NCBI GenBank assembly: GCA_032718475.1
Contig: JAUCBJ010008260.1
Span: 1 to 64,000 of the forward strand
Direction: 5' to 3'
Length of the DNA stretch: 64,000 nucleotides
From: Nemertoderma westbladi
Lineage: Eukaryota > Animalia > Xenacoelomorpha
In this document: one piece after another, positions 50,601-63,312 of the stretch
Layout of the letters: every line of letters starts with the position of its first letter
Position numbering within the stretch: position 1 is the first letter of the stretch
Translations under genes and position numbers: made by a program
The notes under the pieces: model-generated
Told to the model about the DNA's origin: nothing
The model's database searches: none
The model's input: the letters and a program-made list of their open reading frames with translations, nothing else

Positions 50601-53600
50601 TGGATTTAGGTAAATAAAGCTCTATATTTACCTCTGGGTTTAGGTAAATAAAGCTCTATATTTACCTCTGGGTTTATGTAAATAAAGCTCTATATTTACC
50701 TCTGGGTTTATATAAATAAAGCTCTATATTTACCTCTGGATTTAGGTAAATAAAGCTCTATATTTACCTCTGGGTTTAGGTAAATAAAGCTCTATATTTA
50801 CCTCTGGGTTTATGTAAATAAAGCTCTATATTTACCTCTGGGTTTATATAAGTAAAGCTCTATATTTACCTCTGGATTTAGGTAAATAAAGCTCTATATT
50901 TACCTCTGGGTTTATGTAAATAAAGCTCTATATTTACCTCTGGATTTAGGTAAATAAAGCTCTATATTTACCTCTGGGTTTAGGTAAATAAAGCTCTATA
51001 TTTACCTCTGGGTTTATGTAAATAAAGCTCTATATTTACCTCTGGGTTTATATAAATAAAGCTCTATATTTACCTCTGGGTTTATGTAAATAAAGCTCTA
51101 TATTTACCTCTGGTTTTATGTAAATAAAGCTCTATATTTACCTCTGGGTTTATATAAATAAAGCTCTATATTTACCTCTGGATTTAGGTAAATAAAGCTC
51201 TATATTTACCTCTGGGTTTATGTAAATAAAGCTCTATATTTACCTCTGGGTTTAGGTAAATAAAGCTCTATATTTACCTCTGGGTTTATGTAAATAAAGC
51301 TCTATATTTACCTCTGGGTTTATATAAATAAAGCTCTATATTTACCTCTGGGTTTATGTAAATAAAGCTCTATATTTACCTCTGGGTTTATGTAAATAAA
51401 GCTCTATATTTACCTCTGGGTTTATATAAATAAAGCTCTATATTGACCTCTGGGTTTATGTAAATAAAGCTCTATAATTACCTCTGGTTTTATGTAAATA
51501 AAGCTCTATATTTACCTCTGGGTTTATATAAATAACGCTCTATATTTACCTCTGGGTTTATGTAAATAAAGCTCTATATTTACCTCTGGGTTTATGTAAA
51601 AAAAAGCTCTATATTTACCTCTGGGTTTATATAAATAAAGCTCTATATTTACCTCTGGGTTTATGTAAATAAAGCTCTATATTTACCTCTGGGTTTATGT
51701 AAATAAAGCTCTAAATTTACCTCTGGGTTTATGTAAATAAAGCTCTATATTTACCTCTGGGTTTATGTAAATAAAGCTCTATATTTACCTCTGGGTTTAT
51801 GTAAATAAAGCTCTACATTTACCTCTGGGTTTATGTAAAAAAAAGCTCTATATTTACCTCTGGGTTTATATAAATAAAGCTCTATATTTACCTCTGGGTT
51901 TATGTAAATAAAGCTCTATATTTACCTCTGGGTTTATGCAAATAAAGCTCTATATTTACCTCTGGGTTTATGTAAAAAAAGCTCTATATTTACCTCTGGG
52001 TTTATATAAATAAAGCTCTATAATTACCTCTGGTTTTATGTAAATAAAGCTCTATATTTACCTCTGGGTTTATATAAATAACGCTCTATATTTACCTCTG
52101 GGTTTATGTAAATAAAGCTCTATATTTACCTCTGGATTTAGGTAAATAAAGCTCTATATTTACCTCTGGTTTTATGTAAATAAAGCTCTATATTTACCTC
52201 TGGGTTTATGTAAATAAAGCTCTATATTTACCTCTGGGTTTATGTAAATAAAGCTCTATATTTACCTCTGGATTTAGGTAAATAAAGCTCTACATTTACC
52301 TCTGGGTTTATGTAAATAAAGCTCTATAATTACCTCTGGGTTTAGGTAAATAAAGCTCTACATTTACCTCTGGGTTTATGTAAATAAAGCTCTATATTTA
52401 CCTCTGGATTTAGGTAAATAAAGCTCTATATTTACCTCTGGGTTTAGGTAAATAAAGCTCTATATTTACCTCTGGGTTTATGTAAATAAAGCTCTATATT
52501 TACCTCTGGGTTTATATAAATAAAGCTCTATATTTACCTCTGGATTTAGGTAAATAAAGCTCTATATTTACCTCTGGGTTTAGGTAAATAAAGCTCTACA
52601 TTTACCTCTGGGTTTATGTAAATAAAGCTCTATATTTACCTCTGGATTTAGGTAAATAAAGCTCTACATTTACCTCTGGGTTTATGTAAATAAAGCTCTA
52701 TATTTACCTCTGGGTTTATGTAAATAAAGCTCTATATTTACCTCTGGGTTTAGGTAAATAAAGCTCTATATTTACCTCTGGGTTTATGTAAATAAAGCTC
52801 TATATTTACCTCTGGGTTTATGTAAATAAAGCTCTATATTTACCTCTGGGTTTATGTAAATAAAGCTCTACATTTACCTCTGGGTTTATGTAAATAAAGC
52901 TCTATATTTACCTCTGGGTTTATGTAAATAAAGCTCTATATTTACCTCTGGGTTTATGTAAGCTCTATATTTACCTCTGGGTTTATGTAAATAAAGCTCT
53001 ATATTTACCTCTGGGTTTATGTAAATAAAGCTTTATATTTACCTCTGGGTTTATGTAAATAAAGCTCTATATTTACCTCTGGGTTTATGTAAATAAAGCT
53101 CTATATTTACCTCTGGGTTTATGTAAATAAAGCTCTATATTTTCCTCTGGGTTTATGTAAATAAAGCTCTATATTTACCTCTGGGTTTATGTAAATAAAG
53201 CTCTATATTTTCCTCTGGGTTTATGTAAATAAAGCTCTATATTTACCTCTGGGTTTATGTAAATAAAACTTTATATTTACCTCTGGGTTTATGTAAATAA
53301 AGCTCTATATTTACCTCTGGGTTTATGTAAATAAAGCTTTATATTTACCTCTGGGTTTATGTAAATAAAGCTCTATATTTACCTCTGGGTTTATGTAAAT
53401 AAAGCTCTATATTTTCCTCTGGGTTTATGTAAATAAAGCTCTATATTTACCTCTGGGTTTATGTAAATAAAGCTCTATATTTTCCTCTGGGTTTATGTAA
53501 ATAAAGCTCTATATTTACCTCTGGGTTTATGTAAATAAAACTTTATATTTACCTCTGGGTTTATGTAAATAAAGCTCTATATTTACCTCTGGGTTTATGT

Positions 53601-53733
53601 AAATAAAGCTCTATATTTACCTCTGGGTTTATGTAAATAAAGCTCTATATTTACCTCTGGGTTTATGTAAATAAAGCTCTATATTTACCTCTGGGTTTAT
53701 GTAAATAAAGCTCTATATTTACCTCTGGGTTTA
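44679..53733. repeat. 34-bp intronic satellite, ~265 units, overlapping the exon end
   Basis: Unit tttacctctgggtttatgtaaataaagctctata (period checked at 45007/45041). Confidence 0.98.
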
Positions 53734-53925
53734 GATTAGTAACGGATGTTTTCCCGGAATGGATGATCCGTTTTATGGAATCGAACGTGGTCCCGTATAA
53801 ATATTGTCCGAATTCTCCGTATTCGACGTACTTTCCGTTCTCTATATTCTGTTCAAATTCTTGTCGAGTAACGAAGAAATAGTCTCGAGTGTGCTGCTCG
53901 GTTGGTCTGGGCGGGCGGGTTGTAT
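53723..53925 (-). CDS. MPP5: MPP5-like exon (GUK)
   Basis: HTTRPPR..DYFFVTRQEFE..YVEYGEFGQYLYGTTFDSI..NLNPE|gtaaat. Confidence 0.92.
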
Positions 53926-54024
53926 CTGGACAAATAATTAATGAAAAGCGATGTATTAAATAAAATAAAAATTTGTTATTATTATATACTTTTGTTTTTA
54001 TTTGGTACTTTATTATAGACTCAC

Positions 54025-54139
54025 GGGGCACATCCGGTCTGTATTTTCCAGAGTCATCTTCAGAAATCCGTTGTCGGAGTTCGTGTCTGCCGACATTAGA
54101 AGCTCCGACCAAAAATATTGGACGTTTAGTCATCGGATC
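54025..54139 (-). CDS. MPP5: MPP5-like exon (start of GUK)
   Basis: cttacag|DPMTKRPIFLVGASNVGRHELRQR..DVP|gtgagt. Confidence 0.92.
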
Positions 54140-54303
54140 CTGTAAGACAAATAATAATAAAAGCATATTTTATATTTTATCAATATATCGATGCACGTAA
54201 TTGGCATACTCAGATATTATATTCTGTAATCTGTACAATGTTACCGTCAATACGAAATGTTTAAACCACTCACGCTCCATAATATTTACTTAGTAAAACT
54301 CAC

Positions 54304-54457
54304 AGGGTTATAAAGTTCCACCTCTTCATAACATTCGAATTCTTCAGGTTCTGCAACGTCTCTGTGTTTATTTTTCTTACTCCTTGTAAATTTCATGATA
54401 CTTTTTCCTTTCTTTTTTCCACTGGTCTTCAAATATTGTCGCTTCAGCATTTCCCTC
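54304..54457 (-). CDS. MPP5: MPP5-like exon (HOOK)
   Basis: Lys-rich stretch, then ECYEEVELYNP|gtgagt; phases 2/0. Confidence 0.88.
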
Positions 54458-55008
54458 CTGACGAGTAAATGCGGCCACATTTTAGTATAAAGGCAAAAAG
54501 ATTAGGTCTCGTGAGAAAATCTATTTCCATACGGTACCTCAATAATGAAAAAAAATGTTACATTAGCAAGTCCTTAACAAACGAGTAGTATTATGGCTGA
54601 ATATTTAGGTATGTGTCTAGATTTAGGTATGGGTGATTCTCATTTATTCATCTGTCTAAGTACACAGTGAGAGATTTATCTGAATAAAACAAACAAACAT
54701 TTGTACATTTTATGTATATCTGCTAATATTTATCAAACTCTACTGTATATGTGTGCGCTACACATGTACATTATGATTACTGTACACCATACCAAATCTC
54801 ATAGATAAAGTTATCCAACAAAAACGTACCGTCATTCCTTGCACAAAAGCAAATCATTTCTAAAAAAAATAATATTTAAGGTACTGATTACAGCTTTGTG
54901 CTTAGTTCTCGTCTGTACACATCTCTGATGTCAATCTTAAATAAATCCAGTATCACTTCAGTGATGGTAAACAATACTAAACCTAATGAATTATCTCTCG
55001 ACACTCAC

Positions 55009-55208
55009 GCTGTCTGTAAACTCCTACTGGGTACCAATCCCGCCAGGTATTGTTGGTTCTCCCCGTCTCGGTAGGCTTGCCACCAGTTCGTATCGTCCTG
55101 ACTCATTACATGGAGTACGTCGCCCCGGGCGAACCCCAATCCCAACTCGCGACACGGCAGTTGTTTGTCTGTCTCGGGATCAAAGTTATACAAAGCTTTC
55201 ACGTGAAC
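55009..55208 (-). CDS. MPP5: MPP5-like exon (SH3)
   Basis: [39 protein letters not shown]. Confidence 0.93.
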
Positions 55209-55904
55209 CTGAAAAAAAATCAGGGAGTTAATGGAAACTCCAAATCGACGAATAAATATATCGTCAAAATTGACAATTAAGGAAAGGAGCTGGTACAGTG
55301 ACACTTTATTCTAACCAAAACAATAAACGAAAGTCAATAGAACATTTTATTTTTTGGGAGTAATCAGCAATTATTTGGGTCGATTTTCATATGGAAAGAC
55401 CCCCCCCCCCCCCCCCCCCCCTATCATCAATAGTTCAATCAAAAGCCAACAATTATCACTTCTTCATTAATTAATGGATTTTCTGCATAAGATTGTATAC
55501 ATTCAAAAGCAGATCACGTGATTAAGTGAGCATCACAATAAAAAAGTAGTACTTCTTACTTACTTACTTACATAAATTGATGCTTTAATATTGTTGATAG
55601 TCTTTATCCTTTTAACAGTTTACTAAATTTTCGGTGAAAATAAACCTGCCCGGATCACAATTCTTATTAAAATTGTTAAGTTCGTGTTAAGCACTCGTAT
55701 CAACTGCAATGCAAGTACTTAATCAAACTTGATAAGTTTAAAACCGATTGTTTTTCAGTCTAGCAAGCATTTGTCAAGTACTTATTAATAATGGCCAGTC
55801 ATTGTAACTTTTTTTTTATGTATATCAAGCATTTATTGTTAAGCACTTATTAAGTATGGCAAAGTTCTATATAATTCATTAAACCATTTATAGCGATTAC
55901 TTAC

Positions 55905-56071
55905 CAAGCTCTGTTCCCTAGGGAACGCAGGGTTGGCGTTCTTGCAGGGTTTCAGATGGAAGGTTAACGCGCCCAACATGTCCTCCATAACATCGCAAAT
56001 GGCGTCGACGGACCAGCCAGTGACGTTGATTCCGTTGACTTCAAGTATCTCGTCGCCCTCGTTAATATAAC
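55905..56071 (-). CDS. MPP5: MPP5-like exon (second half of PDZ)
   Basis: ttgcag|GYINEGDEILEVNGINVTG..GALTFHL..|gtaagt. Confidence 0.9.
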
Positions 56072-56602
56072 CTGCAAGTCGTTATAGAGTAACTCTCGAG
56101 TTACAGACTCAGTTATAAACATAATAGATAGAAGATGTTCAATTTACGATGATTACTAGAATACTCGATTGAATAGTTGGAAAACACGATATTGCCAATG
56201 CAATAAGACGTCATCTGTTTTATAGTCATTACAAAAAAATTATGGATAGAGAGAGTGATAAGCAGTGCCCAGAACTAAAAAAATAAACTCAGTTTTAAAT
56301 TAAAAATTAGAGAACTTTGTTCTTTAGAAAATTGTTTAAAGGTCGATTTCTTTGAATTGTAAGCTTTATTATGTTACTAGGTTTTACAATGTTGTTATTG
56401 TTACACTTAGATAAATAAAAAGTACCTCCATTGTAAAAAATGAACTTTAACAAAAAAAATGTAAATTGATTTGATGTTGAGGAAAAATCTCTTTAAAATT
56501 TATCCAAAATCTCCTTGTTTACGTGCCCATCAATTATTTATTGTAAATAATTAAGTTAATCGCTGAGTGATGTTTACCGAGTTAATTATCCCTATAACTC
56601 AC

Positions 56603-56711
56603 CGCATTTATCAGCGGCTCCGCCTTTAACAATCCGACCAATCACAACCGACGACCCTTCGTTACGCACAGTACATCCTAGGGGCTCCAAAGTCTTCGCT
56701 ATTTTGACGAT
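56603..56711 (-). CDS. MPP5: MPP5-like exon (first half of PDZ)
   Basis: [36 protein letters not shown], close to PALS1 [23 protein letters not shown]. Confidence 0.92.
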
Positions 56712-56993
56712 CTGAAAAATTCAATTTTTGATATTGTTGGGCAAGTTTTTCGCTTGAATGGATATTTGTAATTATTTCGCATTTACAGTAAACAATTTAT
56801 AATTTATTATTCTTTGTGTATCTCTATGTTATTAGGTTAAATTTGCTTTGTTTGCTATTTCATACACAGTATATAGGCCTACAATTATTATTATTACAAT
56901 TATTACAATTTCCACTGCTTGAGGCTGTATCTATATACTAAAACATATACTCCCCCATTTTCTTCATCTAATACAACTCGGATTTGAACCCAC

Positions 56994-57188
56994 CTTGATT
57001 CCATCGACGGTTTCCACTGACGCCTTTATCGGTGTGCCCGGGGGCGGGCACGCCATTCTGTTCTCGGCGGTTTGCAACGCAGCGATTTTATCGTGAGCCG
57101 TTAGTAAGTTGTGCATCTTAGAAGAGGATAGTATCTGTAGCAACTCCTGGGCTGCTCGACGTCTCGGTGGTTCTAGAACTCGTTGTAC
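56994..57188 (-). CDS. MPP5: MPP5-like exon (L27C)
   Basis: tttag|..AQELLQILSSSKMHNLLTAHDKIA..|gtgggt. Confidence 0.85.
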
Positions 57189-57741
57189 CTAAACCAGTGC
57201 GAAAAAACAGGAGACTATAATGGACGTGAGGAGGATGTATGGTCAATAAATATACATACAAGTGATTGCTTGGTAGCATCTAGTAGATCGCAAAGATGTA
57301 AACAACAATTCGATTAGCTTGAATTGCTACAATGTTTAACTACTACAACAGTAGCTGGAGTTTTAGCGGCGACGGACAGACGGATAGCCAAATTGATACG
57401 AAAGTAGTGGCGTTGATCAAGAGATTGCACATACAATACGCTGTCACACTAACTCCCAAGATTAAACACTCAGTACATTTCAAAATTTTCTTAATAGTCA
57501 CCCAGCAGAAACAAGGTTCCTATATCTCTACTAGGTGAGGGAACCTGATCATGGTCTCTCAGTCAGGAGAAAAGTGGGCGACCGAATAGCTCCTAGAATG
57601 GCAGATTAATGACAGAAATACACATAAAATGATTACTTAATTTCTGGGGGATTATATTTGAGCTTTATGTGTTTTATATAATATTGACTATATATTATAA
57701 CGACGGTGATTATTATTATTATTCATTACGGATCCACTTAC

Positions 57742-57938
57742 ATCGTTAGCCAATGGGATAGCGCAGTATCTCGCGGGAGTTTTCCGGTGCAACGATTCGC
57801 GAATAAGGATATTGTGTACCGCCATCTTGTGGTAGAACTTGGGATCGGATACTAAACCTCGCAACGGCGTCACCTGAGAATCGCTACTGGTGTTTTCTCG
57901 TTCGTCAAACGATACGATTTTACTAACATCTTTGGGAT
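57742..57938 (-). CDS. MPP5: MPP5-like exon (L27N-like)
   Basis: ttctag|DPKD..LRGLVSDPKFYHKMAVHNIL..LAND|gtaagt; phases 1/0. Confidence 0.75.
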
Positions 57939-58242
57939 CTAGAAAGTTAACATAATATCTTATAGTAATAAATTATGTACCGACATCGCATTGTATTATA
58001 TTACAGTCGTCTAAATAATTAGTCCTTAAAATTACTGTAAGTTTTAATTTTATTTGGCTAATTTTTCAATTCATAAAAAATACGAAAAAACATGTAAAAG
58101 ATGTGCCTATCCAATATAAACGCCGGCTGTATTCAGCGGTGTTCGTAGGGAAAAAAATTATTGTCAAATTTTTTGAACAATTATTTTTATTTAAAGTCGT
58201 TTCTTAATTGATATTTTCGATTAAAAGCAGTAACAGTCTAAC

Positions 58243-58974
58243 CTATCAGATGAATTTCGGATTGAGAAGCAAATTTCCTTAATTGGTGTAGGTTATTCCC
58301 TAATGGTGGAGAATTCTGCAATTTAACTCTAGTTGGCGTCGCTTGCACGACGTCTTGTATGGGGCGCCGATTGGCTAAGGGAGAATCAGTGTATGCCGGT
58401 GATTGGTTGCCCGTGTCCGTGGTGTCAGCTGATCCCGAGGGGGGAAGCCGGTTGAGGGGGACGCGGCGTCTGTCTACAGCTGGCGACGCGCTGATTGGCC
58501 GACGCTTGTCTAGGCGGGGGGACGAGTCCCAGACGGGTTTAGCGGCCTGACCCAATCGGGGGGACGGCTGGATGTTGGAGCCGGACCGGGACGCAGGTTG
58601 GGGGGATCCTGCGAGTCTGGACGACGGTTGAGTCCACGACGCCCCCTCGCGGCCCGATTCCATCACCGGGTCCGCCGGTACCACCGCGATGCTGGGCACC
58701 GGGAGGAGTATGTGTTGCCCCGGCAACGGGGGCGGGGGTGAGTCCGCGCTGGGGGTGGGGCTGAAGGCGGGATTCTGGTAGGCGAGGTTGTAGTCCGGGT
58801 CCTGTTGCGTGACCGTACGACTGCGCGCTTTCGGTTTGGGCGGCCCCCCAATGCTGGGGTCGCTACTGTACATCCGGTTCAACGCGTTCGCATCCAGTTG
58901 GTGGAGGTGCGACGGTTTCGGGAGTTCCGCCGTCTTCCGTGGTGATTCATCGTTTCCACGGTAATTATTGTTAT
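58243..58974 (-). CDS. MPP5: MPP5-like exon (Pro/Ser-rich linker)
   Basis: GC-rich open frame; tttccag| acceptor and |gttaga donor, both phase 1 and matching the neighbours. Confidence 0.75.
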
Positions 58975-60389
58975 CTGGAAAACAAATTATTAATTCATTA
59001 AATCGGCAATTCAATCGAACGATACAATTATTGCATGCCCTTGATGAACCATGCCTTAGCACACGCCCCCAGCGGTGGTCCAATGAATTAATAATGAGTA
59101 GTAGCGATGTAACGTTTTTGACGTAAATTTTTTTTAAAAATAAGTTTTCATTTTTAAAACTTCAGATTTTAATTATGCCATATTCAGCGAAAAATAATTG
59201 AAGACCAGTGTACAGTAGATATAGAAATTGACAGAAATTGTAACGATTTGTGTCTAAGGTTAATATTTCAAAATATGAGATAAAAATTTTAAGGGATATA
59301 TTTTTGGTGTTTTACGTTAGATTTTTTGTGTTTATAGGCTTTGATGCCTTTCAAAATTTGAAACCACCTAGGGGGTTAGAAATTACTTTACCGGACTAAC
59401 GTTTTGATTTCTGTTTTTCGGACCGGTCCCTAGAAACAGCACCAAGTTTACGATATGGAAATAATATGGATTTAGTCAAAGAATACAACGCCATAATTAA
59501 CTACTGTAGCGGAAACTGAGAAACATACTGTACGTGTGGTGTACTGTAAGGTAGATATCATTTAATTTAGACGTAGTCATATTTCTACTAAGATTTAGCA
59601 GCTGTACAACAGTACATTAATAATGGATGGAATACAACATACGAAATGTCTATAAAAACATCTCCAGATAACGCACACGTTACCTTACACCCACATCTCA
59701 TGTTCTAATGTTCTATCATTAGGAACAGAACATACAGTATAAGGTAGTGGGTAGTGTGTGTGGTATAAGAAGATAGTATTAATTATTTAATTAACACAGA
59801 TATAATAAATTACACCACAAATAAATACAGTAAATATACAGTATATCAACATTTCACACTACTGTATAGTTACAATACATTTTTGTTTCATATTTTTGGG
59901 CGGTTATTTTATTAACTTTCACTTTTCAGATCTGTAACGGGATGTCTGGAGATAGACGAACAATGTTTGTGCAAATTATGCGGCAGTACTCTCACTTTGC
60001 TACACACTCTAGACTGTTCTAGTATAAAACCTCATGGTCTGAGTTTTCTCGACAGGGTCGACTGATAACAAGCCCCAAACAAATTCATCATATTTCATTA
60101 CTAATAATACATTTTACAAACATTAATTGAATTTATGTATTTAATTTCGTACAGTCCATTATTTTATGCCGAAAGGCGCAAATAGAAATAAATAAACAGA
60201 TTTTTCTGATTTAACATTAAATTTTGAAAGAAGACTAGCGGGACACTGACGAACTGCTGATTCCCCGCACGTAAACTATTTTTGAGGCTTTCATTAGACT
60301 TCATGTGTACCAAGTTTGGTTTAATTTTATCGATGATTGACTGACTGAGTTATTAACATTTAAACATTAGGCGACAGACAGACACACCG

Positions 60390-60535
60390 ACTACTACTAC
60401 TATAATCGGCCTGCTGCATTGATGCTGCACATAGAGATGCTATGCTGGCTTAACAAAAATATGTTGCCATCACCATGCAATCCTCAATTGGCAAGCCCAA
60501 TGCAGCGTGCATTAAGAATGCTATGTCGGCTTGCG
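60390..60535 (-). mobile_element. Short RTE 3' tail with (TAG)n end
   Basis: Reverse complement of ~2530-2660 (agcattcttaatgcacgctgcattgggcttgccaattg..gcagcaggccgatta). Confidence 0.75.
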
Positions 60536-61509
60536 CTTGACAGACCGACAGACAGACAAAGGGTGAAACACCGGTCGGCACCAGTATGCTAAACTCTCTT
60601 ACTACGACCTTCACCCCACAGCCACAGCCAACCAAAAATAGGAAGTCAACAAATATGTTTCTTGAACAGGTCATTAACTACACCAATAATTGTAATTATT
60701 TTCTTAAAATAAATTAACAATTAAATATTATATTCGATAAAATAATAATGTGCGAATGTACAAATATATTCTATATAATACATATATTCTCACCTCACTA
60801 ATACCTCACACAATCTGTTATTGTTGCGATAAAGGGGCTAGACTAAAAAAAATGTCGTTTATTTTTTTCCTGAATATTAAGTTTATCAAAAACCACATGT
60901 CTGAAAGCGGCTTGACCAAAACCTTGGGCGCTAAAATCTACAGACAAGATTATCTTAAAGGACCTACTCAGTGGTTCAGCCATCCAGAGTCACACGTATT
61001 TTTATCTGCCGGTCATAACAGTTTTTCTAGGAAAGGGAAACTTTCAATCCACATCTATAACTCTATATAGATAATATTTATTCAATGATTATGTTTCTTA
61101 TCAATAGAACTGACAAATTACTCCTTTAACATAAATCTCTTATAATAATTTCAATCAACGCCATATGACGTAATTAATTCCCGGTGTCACCAATACATGT
61201 TGTGGTAGTTAACAGAATTATATATTTTAATGACAGCCGAAGTTGTAATTGACATGTTCAGAAATATAATTGATATAGTTTACACGATCCTACGAAATCA
61301 GAGTCCATTCAATCTGACATTTGTTTCTGCAAGGTGATACTCGGCATGATATGTGGTGTTGATAACATTATACGCACCAGCTTGGTGAACGTGGTATCAT
61401 GGGATGGGATTTCCCGCAATAATTTTCGAGTACATAGAATAATTTGCACAGAAAAACTTCGATCAGTTTGAGGAATATATATACCATATTGACATTTTTT
61501 TTGTATATA

Positions 61510-61788
61510 AGTAAAAGTAAATTTTCTTCGGCCGCTAGGCCAGGGATTACGCACAAAGTCTGACGACTTATTTCCAGTGCGGTCCCCTTAGAACTTACTC
61601 CCCAGAGGAAACTCCAGTACTCATTTAGCTACCACTTAAGGATGCAAGGCAGAGAGAGATGCGCCCTGGCTGGTCCCTTTAATAAAGCATTCGTGCCGAA
61701 ACGAAAACTGCCCTGGCCCATGTGAGGATCGAACCCACGACCTACGGGAGATGTGAATTCAATGCAACCACTACACCAAGGTGGAACC
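61510..61788 (-). mobile_element. tRNA-derived SINE, probably with a Nin/Deu-type core
   Basis: A box tggtgtagtgg (61778-61768), B box ggttcgatcc (61735-61726), core gccttgcatcctt..aaatgagtac, short tandem tail. Confidence 0.65.
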
Positions 61789-61814
61789 TATATATTCGAA
61801 CTATATATACTTAC

Positions 61815-61872
61815 TGTGTTGGCTGATGTCCGCTCTTTTTAATGTCAGTGTTATCTTCTTTGATTTTAGGCA
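61815..61872 (-). CDS. Exon completing an upstream PDZ domain
   Basis: ttttttag|CLKSKKITLTLKRADISQH|gtaagt; phase 0/1 links exon 63313-63422 to exon 58243-58974. Confidence 0.72.
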
Positions 61873-62797
61873 CTAAAAAACATAAAACATTCATGATGTA
61901 ATAATTTTATTTAATTTGAAACAAAACAAACAAATCCGAAATCACCGCTTGTTATTAAGCAAACCTTTTGGTTTCAAACAACTTTCCCGATCTTTTAAGC
62001 ACCTGCAACTCAAAAAGGTGTACAGTTTGTGTAAATCTCTGGGATGGGATGGTTGACAAGTCACTTACAACAGGTTTACTCTTCACTGATTTCAAATTTC
62101 CCTCTATAATGTCAATCCGCAAAGAAGTGCAGACTTGTTATAGTGATTAGGCGATTATAGCGTCTATATGACTTCTAATATGCCTTAATACGACGCCATG
62201 TGAGTACTAGACCATAGAGAACAAATCTTTGTAAATCGAATGTTGATAAAGTTTAAACATTATATTAATATAAACAATGGTTACGGCGGCGAATCCATAA
62301 TAATTTCTACGTAATCCAAACCATGGAAGTTCTAACGACACGATAAGAGAACAACCGGCTGATTAACCATTCTAGTCACGAACCCGGTGAGAGCGTCCAC
62401 TCGGGATTAATTAGAGCGGGATGGGTTGTATAAGTAAACGCCCCGGTGCAATCATTAAATAATCGGAGAGACTAGAGGAAATGTTCCGTGTAGGGAAGAT
62501 TTATTGATTAGCGAATCCGGGGTTATAATTGGTTGAACAATATTGAGCTACGGAACTGCTCCCCAAGTCTAGTAGATCGCCACTCCAGTAACAAAACCAT
62601 TATAGTTGATGTTGCACTTTTCTTTACTCTACTTGCATTTTGTAGTGATTTAGGTATTGTCAATGATTATTAATCGTGAAATAAAAACGAACAAATAAAG
62701 TAATAAAAATTCTGACAATTAGGTATAAAAAAGTACATAATAAGTTATTTAAACGGACAGGAAAAGTTATTCTGGTAGGTATTTAATCACTTTATCA

Positions 62798-63282
62798 CTA
62801 CGACTACCCTTATCCCAACCTACGACTACCCTTATCCCAACCTACGAACTACCCTTATCCCAACCTACGAACTACCCTTATCCCAACCTACGAACTACCC
62901 TTATCCCAACCTACGACTACCCTTATCCCAACCTACGACTACCCTTATCCCAACCTACGACTACCCTTATCCCAACCTACGAACTACCCTTATCCCAACC
63001 TACGAACTACCCTTATCCCAACCTACGAACTACCCTTATCCCAACCTACGAACTACCCTTATCTCGACCTACGAACTACCCTTATCCCAACCTAAGACTA
63101 CCCTTATCCAAACCCAACCTACGACTACCCTTATCCCAACCTACGACTACCCTTATCCCAACCTACGACTACCCTTATCCCAACCTACGACTACCCTTAT
63201 CCCAACCCAACCCACGACTACCCTTATCCCAAACTGCGAAATACCCTTATCCCGACCTACGAACTACCCTTATCCCGACCTA
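62798..63282. repeat. 22-23-bp minisatellite ctacg(a)actacccttatcccaac, ~21 units
   Basis: Direct reading. Confidence 0.95.
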
Positions 63283-63312
63283 TAACTCTGTATCCTATGA
63301 TGATAGACTTAC

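Noticed and set aside
44263-53722. Intron created de novo by tandem duplication of AG|GT
   Set aside because: The acceptor (44263) lies in ~400 bp of unique sequence outside the array, so the intron predates or is independent of the expansion
61700-61788. Possible tRNA gene
   Set aside because: No proper cloverleaf or T-run terminator; continues into a SINE body
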